Both the position numbers and the translations under genes were made by a program. The notes below the pieces were generated by a model. It saw only the letters and a list, made by a program, of their open reading frames with translations. It did no database searches and had not been told where the DNA came from. Of a stretch of 64,000 nucleotides of DNA, positions 1-12,713 are shown in pieces; within the stretch, counting starts at the first letter, position 1, and the number at the start of each line of letters is the position of its first letter. The stretch spans positions 68,758,001 through 68,822,000 of the forward strand of contig CM060732.1 of assembly GCA_030704615.1 (NCBI GenBank). Direction: 5' to 3'. The stretch comes from Takakia lepidozioides. Its lineage: Eukaryota > Plantae > Bryophyta.

Positions 1-418
1 GTACCCGCAACATTGGATGATGGGTCTACCCACTGACCCCCTTTTAAATAGAAGGGAAAAAATGCCAGTGTAAGCAGCCATTGTTGTATTTCTGGGTGGG
101 ATACTTTATCTAAAGTGTTGCAAACCTGACAGCGGTTTTACAAAGGTAGATTGAGGTCATCAGTTTTCAGTTCATTTCTTGAATTTGAATATGTGGATGC
201 CAGTTTTCTTGTCGGTATGAGCCTCATATCAACTTCCCATTAAAATTATGCCCAGTCCTGCTGGAAGAGGTGGATTGGAAATTTTAGTTGTTGAACTATG
301 GAAAATCTGGGACGCAAAACAAGTTGATTCCAATCAGAAACATATCAAGTAATACTGAGCTGTAGGTGGGATGCTTGAGAAATTGTGCCATTGTCAACAT
401 GTTTGCTTTAGCCAACAG

Positions 419-3400
419 GTCTGTCAAGTCACTGGGCAGGAGCGCCGGAAGTTTCCACCCAACCCACTCAACACCGTTGAGTTTCAAAAACGAGCTTCTC
501 GTTATTTTCGCATGGGTTCGGAGCAAACCATGAAGGTAGGACGGTCGTCACTAAGTTTTCTCCTCAAGTACCATTGACTATGCCTGACCAGTGGGTTCCA
601 CTCAGTGTCCCATGTGGTACACGGCACAGATACCTGCACTGCGATGTGTTGGTCATGATTCTGAGAGCAATTACCGATCATGCACCCCACATGGAACCAG
701 TTAGAGCTATTGGAAACAGAAGGCTGCTCTCTTCGGTCGTGGATATGACAACTTTAGTCAGAAAAAGAAGTAACCAATGTGTTTCTGGCTGCAGTATGTA
801 CAAAGCTTTGTGGTATAGCTTTACTTCGAGCACACTCTGGGACTCGAAATTTGATAAAGACAGCTGCATAAATGTGTTCAGGTAGCAGAGGAGCTGTATC
901 AAGCAGGATTCATTAGCTATCCACGGACAGAAACGGACAGATTCTCAGAAAATCAGGATCTTCAGGTGCTAATTCTTTTTGCAGCCGTCTATTGTTTCAA
1001 CGTGGTGTTGAATGGTGAATAGTGTCTCTGTGTACTCTATCCATACTGGGTGTGGACCTATGTGTGCTGGACAACATCACCTCTTCATGTTATGGAGTCC
1101 ATTGCACTGCAGACCTGGGGCGGAGTTCAAATTTTGTGTTGCAATTCTTGTTGGATGTGTGAGGCAGACCCAAGTAAGGGAACAAACCAGGCACCCCATG
1201 TGGGGTCAATATGCGCAGCGACTTCTGGATCCCCAGCAAAATTTATGGCGACAGCCTGGCAATGGTGGCCACGATGACAAAGCACATCCTCCGATTCACC
1301 CCACTCGCTTTTCTGAGGGGGAAGCTAATTGGACCAATGACCATACAGTAATTGCCCTGGGACCTATCCTACTGTTTGTACAATTGGGCTCTCATCACGA
1401 AATGATGGGCAGCTTTTTCTTTGGCCCATATAGAGAGTACATCTTTTCAAAGATCAGATACGCAGTATGTGGACCTAATACTTTGTGAGCTGATCAGTTA
1501 TTGGTGAATTTTCCATTTTTCCATTGTTTTCTGTCCAGAGGATATACGAGCTGGTGGTACGTCATTTTCTGGCCTGTGTCTCCCAGCCTGCAATTGGCTA
1601 TGGAACAACTGCCACAGTTGACATTGCCGGAGAGAAGTTCACAGCTTCTGGCCTCATGATTACTGCGGTATGAATGTGATGCTTAAAAGTTGAATGTCGA
1701 GATCATGAGTCCTCAGATTCATGTTTGTTTCCAGCCTTCACTTCAAAAATTGCCATTCATTATGGGTATACTAGAGAGAAGCATTTGCAACTACGAGCCG
1801 TAAGGTGAAGTTGCTCTTAGTTACGCCAACCTTGGCCAGCGTCTTCTCTCTCTTCTTATTACAAGTACTGGAACTGTAAGGGCCTATGGGGTGGAGGTTT
1901 AGACAGGAAGGGAAGAAACGAATTTCATCTTGTCCTTGGAGAACACGGAACCACAAGAATGCAATTATTGTCCATGGGAGAGGTTGCTGTTTTGCAGCGG
2001 TACTGTAAAATGCACATCATGCCTTGTTAAGGATTTAGGAAGCATCCGCTTAGATGGGAGTTTCTTTGTCATACATTGACTGCAGGTTGATTTGATCGGT
2101 CTTGCTGTGATAAACTCTTGTTTGGTCTAAAACGAGCTAAGGTTTGGTCTTGCAGAAGAACTATTTGGAAGTGTATCGTTTTGATTCATGGGGCACATCC
2201 ACGATTCCAACTTTCGAACTAGGACAGCAAGTAAGCCCTTGATCTTCTCTTGATCTTAACGGCATTAGACCTGTGGCATGTGCAATAAGACCCTGTAATC
2301 ACATCCCTCGAGGTCTACTTCTGCAAATAGTCAGATTGCAAAATAAGAGGCACGGTCTTCTCAGTTCTGGTTGTATCAAAGGCTTCTAGTAGCAATTGCC
2401 ATAGAATCGACCCTTTTCACCAAGGGAATGTATGTGGTGGTCCTATAAATGCCTACATGATTCCCTATTTAGAAGGACCCATCCACGCCTAACAAACACA
2501 CAGATGAGGCATTACAAACAAAATTCTGCATTTTTCCAGAAGTAGGTGTCATCAAATCCTTTTGAGGAGTCTGCATGTTTTATGATAAATACCTCATGGT
2601 AGTTCACTAACTTTGAGGAGGCTTGCAGTTTGTGCCAACAAGGCTGACTCTGGATGTGGGCAGGACTACTGCACCCCCCCTTTTGAGTGAAGCTGACTTA
2701 ATCAGTCTCATGGACAAGGTCTGCCATTCCACAGGTTACAACAAGGCTAATTCAAATATATCTAAGCTGTTAAAGTCTGTATGAATGGACAAGCAGATAG
2801 AGCTACATACAACCCCAGCTCTTTCAAACTGCCTCTCTGGAAGCAATTGATTCTGGCAGAAATCATCTCGGTGTTTGTCTTACTTCTTTTCTCTCTTTCA
2901 CCTTTCTTGTTCTCTTGAGGAAAGAACCAACATCCAAGATCACATTTAATAAAACATCTTACGAAGCCCCTCAGCAAGACCGGGAAGAGCCGAAAGCAGA
3001 GAACAGGAAAGACCCTGTCAGGAGAGAGATTCCAACCTTTCTCACAATTATGTTTCTCCTTTGTCCTAGGGCCCTGGGATAACCCCCTGGATGCTAAACT
3101 TGCATTTTACTTGAAGAATCCTTGATGAATTTAATTTTGTTCTAGTATCTCATTTGAAACTATCTTTGGGTTCCCTAGGCTTTATAAAGCAAGAAAATCA
3201 TCGTGTACCAGTGCTTTATGATTTCCTCTTATCTGGGTTTTGATTTTACAAACCTTGTTTGGAAATTACTCTTTGTTTCCGTAGGCCCTTCCAGTGCACG
3301 TAAAGATTGTCTTTCTTCCTTTTCTTCTGTCTCTTCTCTCTTTCTGTGTGTTTTTGATGTATTTTAACGTGGGGCAGGGCAGGCTGGAATAGGTACAGAT

Positions 3401-6400
3401 GCAACCATGCATGACCACATCAAGAAACTTCTGGATCGCTGCTATGCAACCAAAGATGCTAACACTCGCTTTGCGCCTACAACACTGGTGAGTTCTGTCC
3501 TAAGTTCTCATCTCTGTCTTACCTGCCAAGAATTCATTTAAAACCAAGGTTTGGGCTGTTCCGGGGGTCTATGTGAGGAATCCTGATGATTGTGGAGCGC
3601 CAGAGACTTAAAGTGAAGATCTTTCACTGAGAAAATCAATTTGTCTCGAGTTCCATCTATGGGGAGACTATTGAATAGCACTGAGCTGAAACACTGAAGT
3701 ACAATCACAGATACCATGTCCTGTGTTATGCAAGCTGACAAAATGGGCCCAGTTGCCTATCCTGGGCCAGGTTGAGCTGATGTGATCTGCAGTTCCAATT
3801 TCCCCAAGGCAGATCCTCACTAGTTTGCTGTTATGTTTGTTGTCAATGCAGGGGGAAGCATTGGTGATGGGATATGATACCATGGGGTACGTGTCCTATG
3901 AAGAACCAATTGCAGCATGCTCTGAAATGTAGTTGACTTGTCTCTCAAATGCAGACAATTGGATGATCGAATGTGCAGCTATGGAAATTTTCGATTTGTT
4001 CTCCTTGCAACACTGATACCCAGTCAAAAGTCCAGCATTTCTTCTGTCTTGCGGTCTCTCTGGGAAAAGTAGTGTTTGTTGTGTCTGACAGACCACATGC
4101 CTGGGTTGGTCAATACTGTCACGACAGGCTCCATTATCCTACAATACTGGTTCCTGGTTCACAAACTTCTCTGTTGTAGCTTGAAATGAAAGAGAAATCT
4201 GGAGTTCAGTGTTCTGGCATAATCTGTTTACTGCAGACACGAACTTTGGAAACCCGATCTGAGGGCGCTGATGGAGAGCGACATGAGAGCTGTCAGCAAT
4301 GGCAACAAAACTAAAGTGCAGGTGTTGGATGCAGCACTTCAGGGAATGAAGGACTGCTTTATTGATGTATGTCACTTCTTCTTGCGCCTTATGTCCATCA
4401 ACCTTCCTTTGAAGAAACATAGCAACGGAGCAAGAAGACCGAGAACTGAAAATGGTCCTGCACACTTGTCTGGGCCACCAGCGACTAGCAACTTGTCGAG
4501 CCCCAATTTCCATGCTAAGAGAAGGGGAAGAAGAAAACTATCATCTCTCGCAAGAGAAGACTGGAAATTTTTTTCCTTATACATGGGTGGCCCAGAGGGT
4601 GTCTTGGACACAGTATATCAACCTTGGGAGGAAGAAATAAACTTACAATCTGCAGGAAGCTGGGAGTTTAGGGTTCCCCCACTTCCCTCGCCAAAATAAA
4701 AAGGCAGAAAGACACATGTTGCTCTTTCTCCACACAAAGAAATAGTACAAAGGGGGAATGATGGGGTTTCTTGTGGCTTCCCAGGCACAACCACTAATTA
4801 TCCTGCCATACAGATCTCAGTAAATCTGATAACTTAATACAAAGGCTGGTATTCCATCAACTGTCTGGCAGGCAAGAACACAAAAGGAGAAGCTGCTGGA
4901 GGCTATGGGGATTTTCTTTGAAAGGTCCCTCTTTGTGCCAATACCTCATTTTTTCTCACAGTGCATGAGATTGTCATATTGAGCAACACAGTGTGTGTTC
5001 AAACTTTTTGAAGTATTTGCATTTTGCTTGATTACACTTATCTCCCTTTATTTTGGGAGCACGTCTTTCACAAGGAGGTGGATTTGGAGATCGGCAGGAC
5101 CCAAGGTGGGGGGGAGCAACGTCCGGTGGCAGAGAAAGTACGCCGCTGCCCAGCTTGTCAGCAATTCGATATGGTCCTCAAGACAAAACCGGTGTGTATA
5201 TGTGATGCTTTCTTCAGGTTTCTTCATGTAGAGTCCAACCATAGTGCCAAATAGTTTTGGATGAGCTTAACAGTGTTTGGAGATCTGGTACACAAACAAG
5301 CTGCTTGAAGCCTTTTTAACATAGCAGTAGAAGTCTGAAGTGTTATCACCCATATCACATTGCAAATGGACGAAATGCAGCTGAGCCATGTGCTGTAAGA
5401 AGTCACACTGAGTGCGTCAGATTGGCACAAGTCTTGTTCCATGTTGCTGATTGGTTGTCCACCATGAGAATGTTTCCTCTTTAGAGAGGAAGCCTCCTCC
5501 CGAAGTCATAGAAATGTGAAGACTCCGCTCTCCTAGTGTTAAACCAATCGCAGTAGTGCCTTTTGAAGTGACAGATCTTTCTTGAGTCATACAAGGAATG
5601 TCCTGATATTTCTGCTTTGTTGATTAGTTAGCAGTGAGGGAAAACTGACAATTTTGTGGTGGTGCTAATGTGCTCACAGGATGGCAAGTTTATGGTGAGC
5701 TGCCTTGGTTATCCAAACGTGAGTATACAAACATTACTTTCTCGTTATTTTTCCACGTGGGCCCTTCTCTCTTAATGGTTCTTTCTTTCCATTTTGTCCT
5801 TTTCCGTGTTTTTATCTTTTGGGCATGAGTCCCCCTCAACATCTCTCCATGCAGAGTAGCATAAAGTTGAGGAGGGGATTTGTAGTGCAGGAATGTGGTG
5901 TGGCTACCTGGGGCTATTGTGGAGGCATCCATCACCAACCAGCCATGTCCTTCTTGTGGACCAGGTGACATCTTATTTTTGGAAAGAGGGACAGAATGTA
6001 CTCATGAGACGTTGTCTGCTGTAGCTTTGTGGCCATAGACCCTGTGCCCAGTTTGGGTGGAACGAGGGAGAGAATGTACTCATAAGACGTTTGCCATAGC
6101 CTAGTGGCCATAGACCCCATAGTGCCCAGTTTGAAGAACAAGAGGGTCCAGATATTATCTAGAAAGCAATTCACACAAGCATCAATCTGATGTGTGTGAG
6201 ACCCCAACAGGGCCGGGGCTTTAGGCTCACGCTCGAGATTTTCAAGGCTGGTGAATAGAGGTGCAGGAACAATATTCTTGATGTTCCTGAAGAAGGTTAC
6301 TCTCCGGTGAGAATATCCCAAACAACATATCAGAAAATGGATATTGTGTTCAGGCTGCCTGCACATCTGGCAATTACAATATCCTTTTCCTCTCTGCATC

Positions 6401-9400
6401 TTTTTATTGTTCAACGTAGGCTCCCTGCCCTGAGTTTCAATTTCCCTCTAGTGCTGAGGGTAGGCAGGCCCTTTAGATCATCATGAAGGACCTCACCCAT
6501 GTCAGAGACTGGAAACAAGTTCAGGGAAGTTTTATGCCTAACTTCATTTTCATCGGACAGTCTTCAGGCATCCGACATGGCTTTAGACACTACAACCTCC
6601 AGGTCAGCTTCATCTAGCAGAGTCAATTCTTCTGGGCTATGATACTTGAATATCTCTTTTACCCTTTCCCACCAGGACTTGGGCTTTTTAACAGGAAGAT
6701 CTTGCTACCAAGAAATAGAGTCGATTATCTCAGGGTATTGGGTATTAAGCATGTCATTCAACTGACCCCACCATCTGACCTTGAACTCATCCCCTTGAGA
6801 GCTTAAGGAAGTTATGCGAAACTCGCCCTGAACAGTCACGTTAGCTGTTCTAGAGCATGCTGATATGATCTCTTTGAGCACCGCAACCTGAATGGACTCT
6901 AGGGATATAGCATGTTTGGGGTTGTCGACCCACACAGCAGATGCGTACTCCAAGGCAGGCCTAATAATGTGGCAAAGCATGGTACTTTAACTTCAGTATT
7001 ATCCCTCTTCACTGGAGGCCCAAAGCTTTGCGCTTACCTGTTTCAACCACTTTTCGTACATGCATGTCCCAGTTGCAACTGGAGGAGAACAAAGGAGAGG
7101 GATAGATTGTACTCATAAGACGTTGTCTGCCGTAGCCTTGTGGCCATTGACCCCGCGCCCAGTTTGAGCGGGAACAAAAGGGACAGAACCTACCTCTGTC
7201 AGGGGCTGACGTTGGTAGTAAGACTTACCTCCATATAAAGAATTAATCCGGGTTTTCCAGATATCCTCTAGAAATCCCTTCACACAAGCATCAATCTGCT
7301 GTGTGTGATTTGCCCAAAAACTAGGCCTCAGGAGGGCCTGGGCTTTTGGCTCAGCCTCGAGACTTTCAAAGTTGGTAAACAGGGGTACAGGCACAATTCC
7401 CTTAATAGATTTGAAGAGAGCGTCTCTTTGGTTAGAGAACCCCGGACAGTGTATCAGAAAATGAATACTGTCTTCAGATTGCCCACACAACGGGCAATTG
7501 CACTCTCCCTTTCCTCTCTGCTTCTGTTTGCTGTTCAAAGGTAGGCTTCCTGCCCTGAGTTTAAATTTCAGTCTAGTGCCGAGAGTGGGTAGACCCTTGA
7601 GGTCATCCAAGATGTCCTCCCCCATGTCACAGACTGGAAACAAGTTCAGGGAAGTTTTCTGCCTAACTTCATTTTCATCAGACAATCTCATGGCAACAGA
7701 CATGGCTGAGGACACTACAGCCTCTAAGTCAGATTTATCCAGCAGGGTCAAGACTTGCGGATCCAGGTCCAGGTCCTTGAGGATCTCTTCTACTCTCTTC
7801 TGCCAGGACTTGGCCTGTTTGACAGGGCGGTCCTGTTTCCAAGATATAGAGTCGATTAATTTAGGATATCTGGTGTTGGGCATATGTTGCAGCTGACCCC
7901 ACCATCTGACCTTGAATTCATCTCGTCGGGAGCTTAAGGACGGAATGCCAAACTCACCCCGAACAGCCAGATTGGCTGTTTTGGAGCATGCTGACATACA
8001 CTCCTTAAGCACCCCCACTTGAATGGATTCTAGAGACTTAGCCTGGTTGGAGTTATCAACCCATATAGCAGATCCGGGATAGAGTGAGATAGAGAGTTGA
8101 CTCTGGTTGGATTCACTTCAGATGTGACCATCATAGCACCATGAGGTTCATTGCTGTGGCTTGACGGGTTTGGTCATGTCGTGCTCAAACCGATGCTGGT
8201 ATATGAGAACAGGGCAGGTGCTGAGGATACAGTTCCAGTTCCGGAGAGCAGAGATACCTCCACAGTACAGCACTGAACACACCGGTACTTATTTTTGTTG
8301 GGTGAAACACGATATTATCAAGTGGGTTGATAGATGTTATGTTACATAGTCAGCTGGTGTATGAAATGCAAATTTACTGTCCTTGAAAACACCAGAACAG
8401 GTTAATGAGATCTCAAAGCTGACACCTCTCCAACACCTTTTGTCAGGAACTAAATGTGTCCATGTTGCAGGGTGCATAGGAGGCTGTGACCAAGTCATTA
8501 AAGATCTCATAGAAATATGTGGGACAGGATTACGCTCTACACCAGGTGGGCCTTCATAAAGTAATTGATCTCAATTGTAGTTCTCTGATGTAGTTTAGAG
8601 CTGCATGCTATGTGGAAACCTCTCACCTCAATAAAGCCTTTCTTTGCTGCACTCGGGACAATGGTGACTCTTCATGTACATTCGGCTTGATCTAGCCCAT
8701 CACAGCTGATTAGTGGCATAGTGATCCACAAAATTTGGAATACGCTGATTATATCCATCTAAACTGCATAAACGAACCCAACCAGACTCGGTTGTTTTGG
8801 ACCCACCAGTAGCAAGCATACTGAAGGAATTCAATGAATGTTCTTATGTCAGTCTGATTTTGGCTTGCTAGGAAGAATCCTTTTCCCCAAGGAGCTTTCC
8901 CCAAGGAGCTGTTGTAATGTCTATATGGAAGCAGTGTCTACTAAGTACTCAGGAGTCAGATGAATAAAAGCATATGACGGCAGCATTGCTGACAAAGATG
9001 TTTTCATGAGGTATGAAGGAGGGCCAAGGCCAGCACAACCAACTGGGCCACAGGCCTTTGCAAACGGCAACCGAAATAGTTTTGGAAGTAGTAGCAGTGT
9101 CAGCAATGGGAGTGGTTTTGGAAACAGTAGTGGCAACAGAAACACAAATCAACGGAGAGGAGACATTACCAGAAGCAATAACAACCTTGGAGACACTAGT
9201 GAAGATGTATCTCATCGGACATGCACAAATTGCGGGCAACAGGGCCATTATAACATGGACTGTCCCCAGCATGGGCAACCGCGTGTTCAAGACCACAGAC
9301 GGAACAGCAGTACTGCACCCCTGGCGTCAGGTGTGGTAAACTTCCTTGTTGTGTGTCATAGCTTAGCATGAAGTTAGCAGGTAGATATGAACGATCCTTG

Positions 9401-10135
9401 GTTATCTTTCTATCAACTCTGTTCATGAAGTCTAATTTACAGTCCCCCTTGCCTCTCTGACTGCCTCTTCCTTCTTATTTGTATGTGTCAATCAGGGACA
9501 CAGAACATCCGCTGCAGCTGCCAAGAGGCTTGTGTGTTGCTGACAGCCAACACAGAGGCAAATCGTGGCAGGCAATTTTATCGCTGTCGCTCGCGTAACT
9601 GTGACTTCTTCCAGTATGGCCTTCTGTTCCCTCCACGGCAGTGGGCACAAAAAATATTTTTGGACGTTCATTGTATCTTCTCTGAATTGTTGTACTTTTG
9701 TGGTATTAGCCTTGGCTCCTACCCACTTTGTGAGTGTATGTTCTACATAGAACAAGGTATGCATCCAGTGTTTCGATGACGATGCAAAGATGATGTAAAG
9801 GTGCTAATGGCTGTTTTTGTGGTCACATGGTCAGGTGGGAAGATGCTACTGGCACTCACCCTCAGATGCCTGATCCTGTGCCACAGCAAATAGCAGGCCG
9901 GGGAAGAGCCCGGGGAAACCAAACAGTGTCAAGGGCTGGTGGGAGATCAGGCACGACCAGAGGGAACAGCCCTTCTGTGCAGGGTCGCTTCAGGTCCAAC
10001 AGCAGGGACCGAAGAGGGCATTCAGACTGCAACTTGGTAAGCGCAACAGGAGAGCCCCTTGGAAATGGCAACTGTTTCAAATGTGGAGAACCTGGGCATT
10101 GGGCAAATGCATGCCCAACTCGTGGCAATTTTTAG
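419..10135 (+). CDS. TOP3A: DNA topoisomerase III alpha, 3' part (5' exons outside window)
   Basis: Phase-consistent GT-AG exons: 419-535, 882-965 ([19 protein letters not shown], catalytic Tyr), 1168-1347 ([12 protein letters not shown]), 1539-1667 ([12 protein letters not shown]), 2156-2230, 2629-2718 ([15 protein letters not shown]), 3383-3487 ([13 protein letters not shown]), 3852-3886, 4237-4366, 4872-4924, 5098-5191, 5680-5718, 5886-5964, 8213-8284, 8471-8545, ~9019-9330 ([18 protein letters not shown]), 9496-9613 (GRF zinc finger), 9835-10135 ([21 protein letters not shown]). Plant-type TOP3alpha C-terminus. Confidence 0.96.
5995..6060 (-). mobile_element. Short 3'-terminal fragment of the same LINE
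   Basis: AAACTGGGCACAGGGTCTATGGCCACAAAGCTACAGCAGACAACGTCTCATGAGTACATT on the minus strand, followed by a TC-rich tract. Confidence 0.75.
6070..7090 (-). mobile_element. Older degraded copy of the same LINE family
   Basis: Fragmented ORFs ([14 protein letters not shown]..., [19 protein letters not shown]) homologous to 7113-8018 and 63680-64000. The same 3' terminus TGAGTACATT at ~6073-6082. Confidence 0.85.
7107..8076 (-). mobile_element. 5'-truncated non-LTR retrotransposon (RTE/RTEX-like LINE), young copy, in TOP3A intron
   Basis: Open 301-aa ORF 7113-8018 with post-RT region ([10 protein letters not shown]) and Zn knuckle [17 protein letters not shown]. Near-identical to 63840-64000. Probable TSD GGGATAGA at 7099-7106 and 8076-8083. 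Confidence 0.9.
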
Positions 10136-10612
10136 TCCCTCGCCCTAACTTCTATGAAAATACACTTGCCTTCAACATTGTTGCACACATTCCCACAACA
10201 TCTAGACATGACAAGGAATGCGGACAAGGAAAGTATGGTGTCTTTGGTGTGGAAGTGTGCAAGAATGCCATTTCCACTGCGGAAGCACCAGCTGGATATG
10301 AGTTTGAATGCACAGATTGTTCATCTCACTGCCTGCTGCAATTCTTTGTGGGAAGCTCTCCCAGGAATGCTGTATTCAGTGATGTTAGTAGGCTTGCAAT
10401 CACTTGCAGAGAGGCATTCTTGGTGTTGCCATCGTATGTTGGTGTATACATACGTTGATGTTCAGCAAATTCCCTATTTTCTCATGGATGAAATTGCCAA
10501 AATTCTCCCAAAAAATGAATTCGCCTAATATGGTGGCAGACAGGTTTGGGTGATCGTCTGGTTGACACATTACACTGGCCCAAGTTCACGTGAGCAGTCG
10601 TTTGAAAAACGC

Positions 10613-10740
10613 CGAAGCCAATGCTTCCATTGTTGCCCAGATTGAGGTGCAAACTTCTGCCTTGTAGGTAATGGTCGAAGCCAATGCTTCCATTGTTGCC
10701 CAGATTGAGGTGCAAACTTCTGCCTTGTAGGTAATGGTCG
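10613..10740. repeat. Perfect 63-bp tandem duplication
   Basis: CGAAGCCAATGCTTCC...GTAGGTAATGGT at 10613-10675 and 10676-10738. Confidence 0.95.
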
Positions 10741-11104
10741 TGAGTGGAGGTGAACTGGTTTCAAGTCTCCAAGCGGATCGTGGATGTTGCCTCTTTCTAA
10801 CTTATTGGATGTTAGTCATGTTCGTGGGGCATGTTATCACACTTTTGTTTCCAGACTTGCACTGAGTTAATTGGTCCTTACCTTGTCTCAGAGCCAAGGA
10901 GAAATCTCCGTAGATCTAATAATGCTCAGTTGTAATCTGACGTTATTGTGTTGGGGTAAGGAGGGAGGTAAGAAGCCAAAAAAAAAAAAAAAAAAAAAAA
11001 CCCCAATTTGAGATTTAAAAAATCTGTCTTTCTTGTCTGAAATGACTTTGCCAGGCGTCGTTTCATTTCTTCTAGCCCTCTCATGTCTGTGATCGCTGCG
11101 ACTA

Positions 11105-11995
11105 CCGTAGTTGGGAAGGCTGATTCGGCACTAAATAATTAGAAATGGAATCTTCCTAATAATTTATTTTTATTTAAGAAATTTAGGAAAAACTGCCGAA
11201 ATTCCAGAAACTTTATAAAAAAATGCCTAAAATCTCAAACAAACTCCAAATATCAAATCTCCAAATGCCTGTTTCAAGGCATAAAGCTCTAGGAAAATAT
11301 TTTCCTTAGCTATGAGAAATCCTAGAATAATTGGCTGAACAATCACTGATTGACCAGATGCTCTCATGGCTCTTAACAACCCACATAATTTGTTTTTTCT
11401 TTTGGTACCATACCACACCCGTCAGTAGCAAGATTTGACCCCAGAATCATCTGGGTGGCACTCAGTGCACTTACTACTGACTGTTGGTACATAATTCTCT
11501 TACCACATCCGTATAATGGATGTTGAACAATGGAAAACATTCATGATAGGAAGATGCATGACTAAAACTTTAGACGAATGCACAACGTATATGACATGAG
11601 TGTGGTAGGTTTGTGGGGTGGATTAAAGAGGATGAATGTACAATGGATGTTGAACAAAGGAAAACATTCATGAATGGAGCACGCATGGATACACTGTAGA
11701 CGAAAGCACAATGGATATGACAAGAGTGAGGGAGGTTTGTGAGATGGATTCATACATATTGCAATTTAAATGGTAGTTGATTCTTTGATTATTTTTCTTT
11801 CCAAAGGAACAACTATACATTTGATAGAGCAAGTTGATGGAGGGAGTCACCGCCGAATTACTTAAAATATTACTTAAAATCTCCTCCTGGCATTGCTGTA
11901 AAATCTAGAAATTTCCTTAAGTTGTGCAAGAGTGTTTTGTTGTAAAGAAAATAAATATTCCAAACTTCAATGCCGGATCAGGCTGCCGAGTACAG
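11105..11995. mobile_element. Putative non-autonomous Tc1/mariner(pogo)-like element
   Basis: Degenerate TIRs (TA|CCGTAGTTGGGAAGGCTGATTCGGCA ... TGCCGGATCAGGCTGCCGAGTACAG|TA) with TA flanks. Internal ~127-bp imperfect tandem duplication at 11515-11755. Confidence 0.45.
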
Positions 11996-12713
11996 TATCG
12001 CCTTAGCAATTTGTAATTTCGCTACTTATGAACTCTGTAATCCCAACCATCTGACCTAATTATGAGATAGGTGAATGAGTAGGCCTAATCCTTGTCTGAA
12101 GTTTTACTGCTGCACACAAAGTTTTGGCATTTGCGTTGAGAAAACCTAAACTTGTGGTCCACCACTTCCTTGTGATATTGCTGGAAATAGAATGTGGCGA
12201 ATCGGAAAAGGATTGGTGATGTCTATAAGTATATGAGCTGCAACGATACCACCATCCTCATTTTGTTTGCACTTTCACTGATTTTTACCTATGAAGTAAA
12301 GTGGGTGGTTTTACCGCTAGTGTACATTGGTCACTACAGTAGTCTGCTGGCTAATGAGGTTTACGGCCTGAGATATGATGGCTCTGCCACCAACTAATTT
12401 GGAAGGAACCATACTGAAGTGAAAACTTAAGAGCAGTCAACCTCTTACATGACATCAATTGAGAAGTTACGCAGGCCATAAGCATAGAGATCTCCACTTC
12501 CAACAGGCCAAGAATAGAAGCGCATTGGTGGCTTCTCTTATAATGTTGCAAATCAGCCGGACAATTTATGCTAGACTGGAGGGGTGACATGTAGAGGTAC
12601 AACTATAAAAGATTATTACACTGGATGAGTAGCCTTTCAGCTGTTGGTAATCTTTCCTCCATCTAGACTCCACGTCAATTAGAAGATGGGTTGCTCTAGT
12701 CTACAGATGTCCC

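Noticed and set aside
3375-3382. Tandem acceptor CAGGGCAG in TOP3A
   Set aside because: The upstream AG would shift the frame by 5 nt. Only the downstream AG gives AGIGTDAT, and there is no evidence of regulated use.
8883-8910. 14-bp direct repeat TTCCCCAAGGAGCT x2 in a TOP3A intron
   Set aside because: Too short to distinguish a transposon footprint from replication slippage.
10081-10528. 125-aa and 124-aa ORFs after the TOP3A stop
   Set aside because: No recognisable domain. They overlap the expected 3' UTR.
10978-11000. Poly(A) run of ~23 nt
   Set aside because: No recognisable SINE/LINE body or TSD. Treated as a simple repeat.
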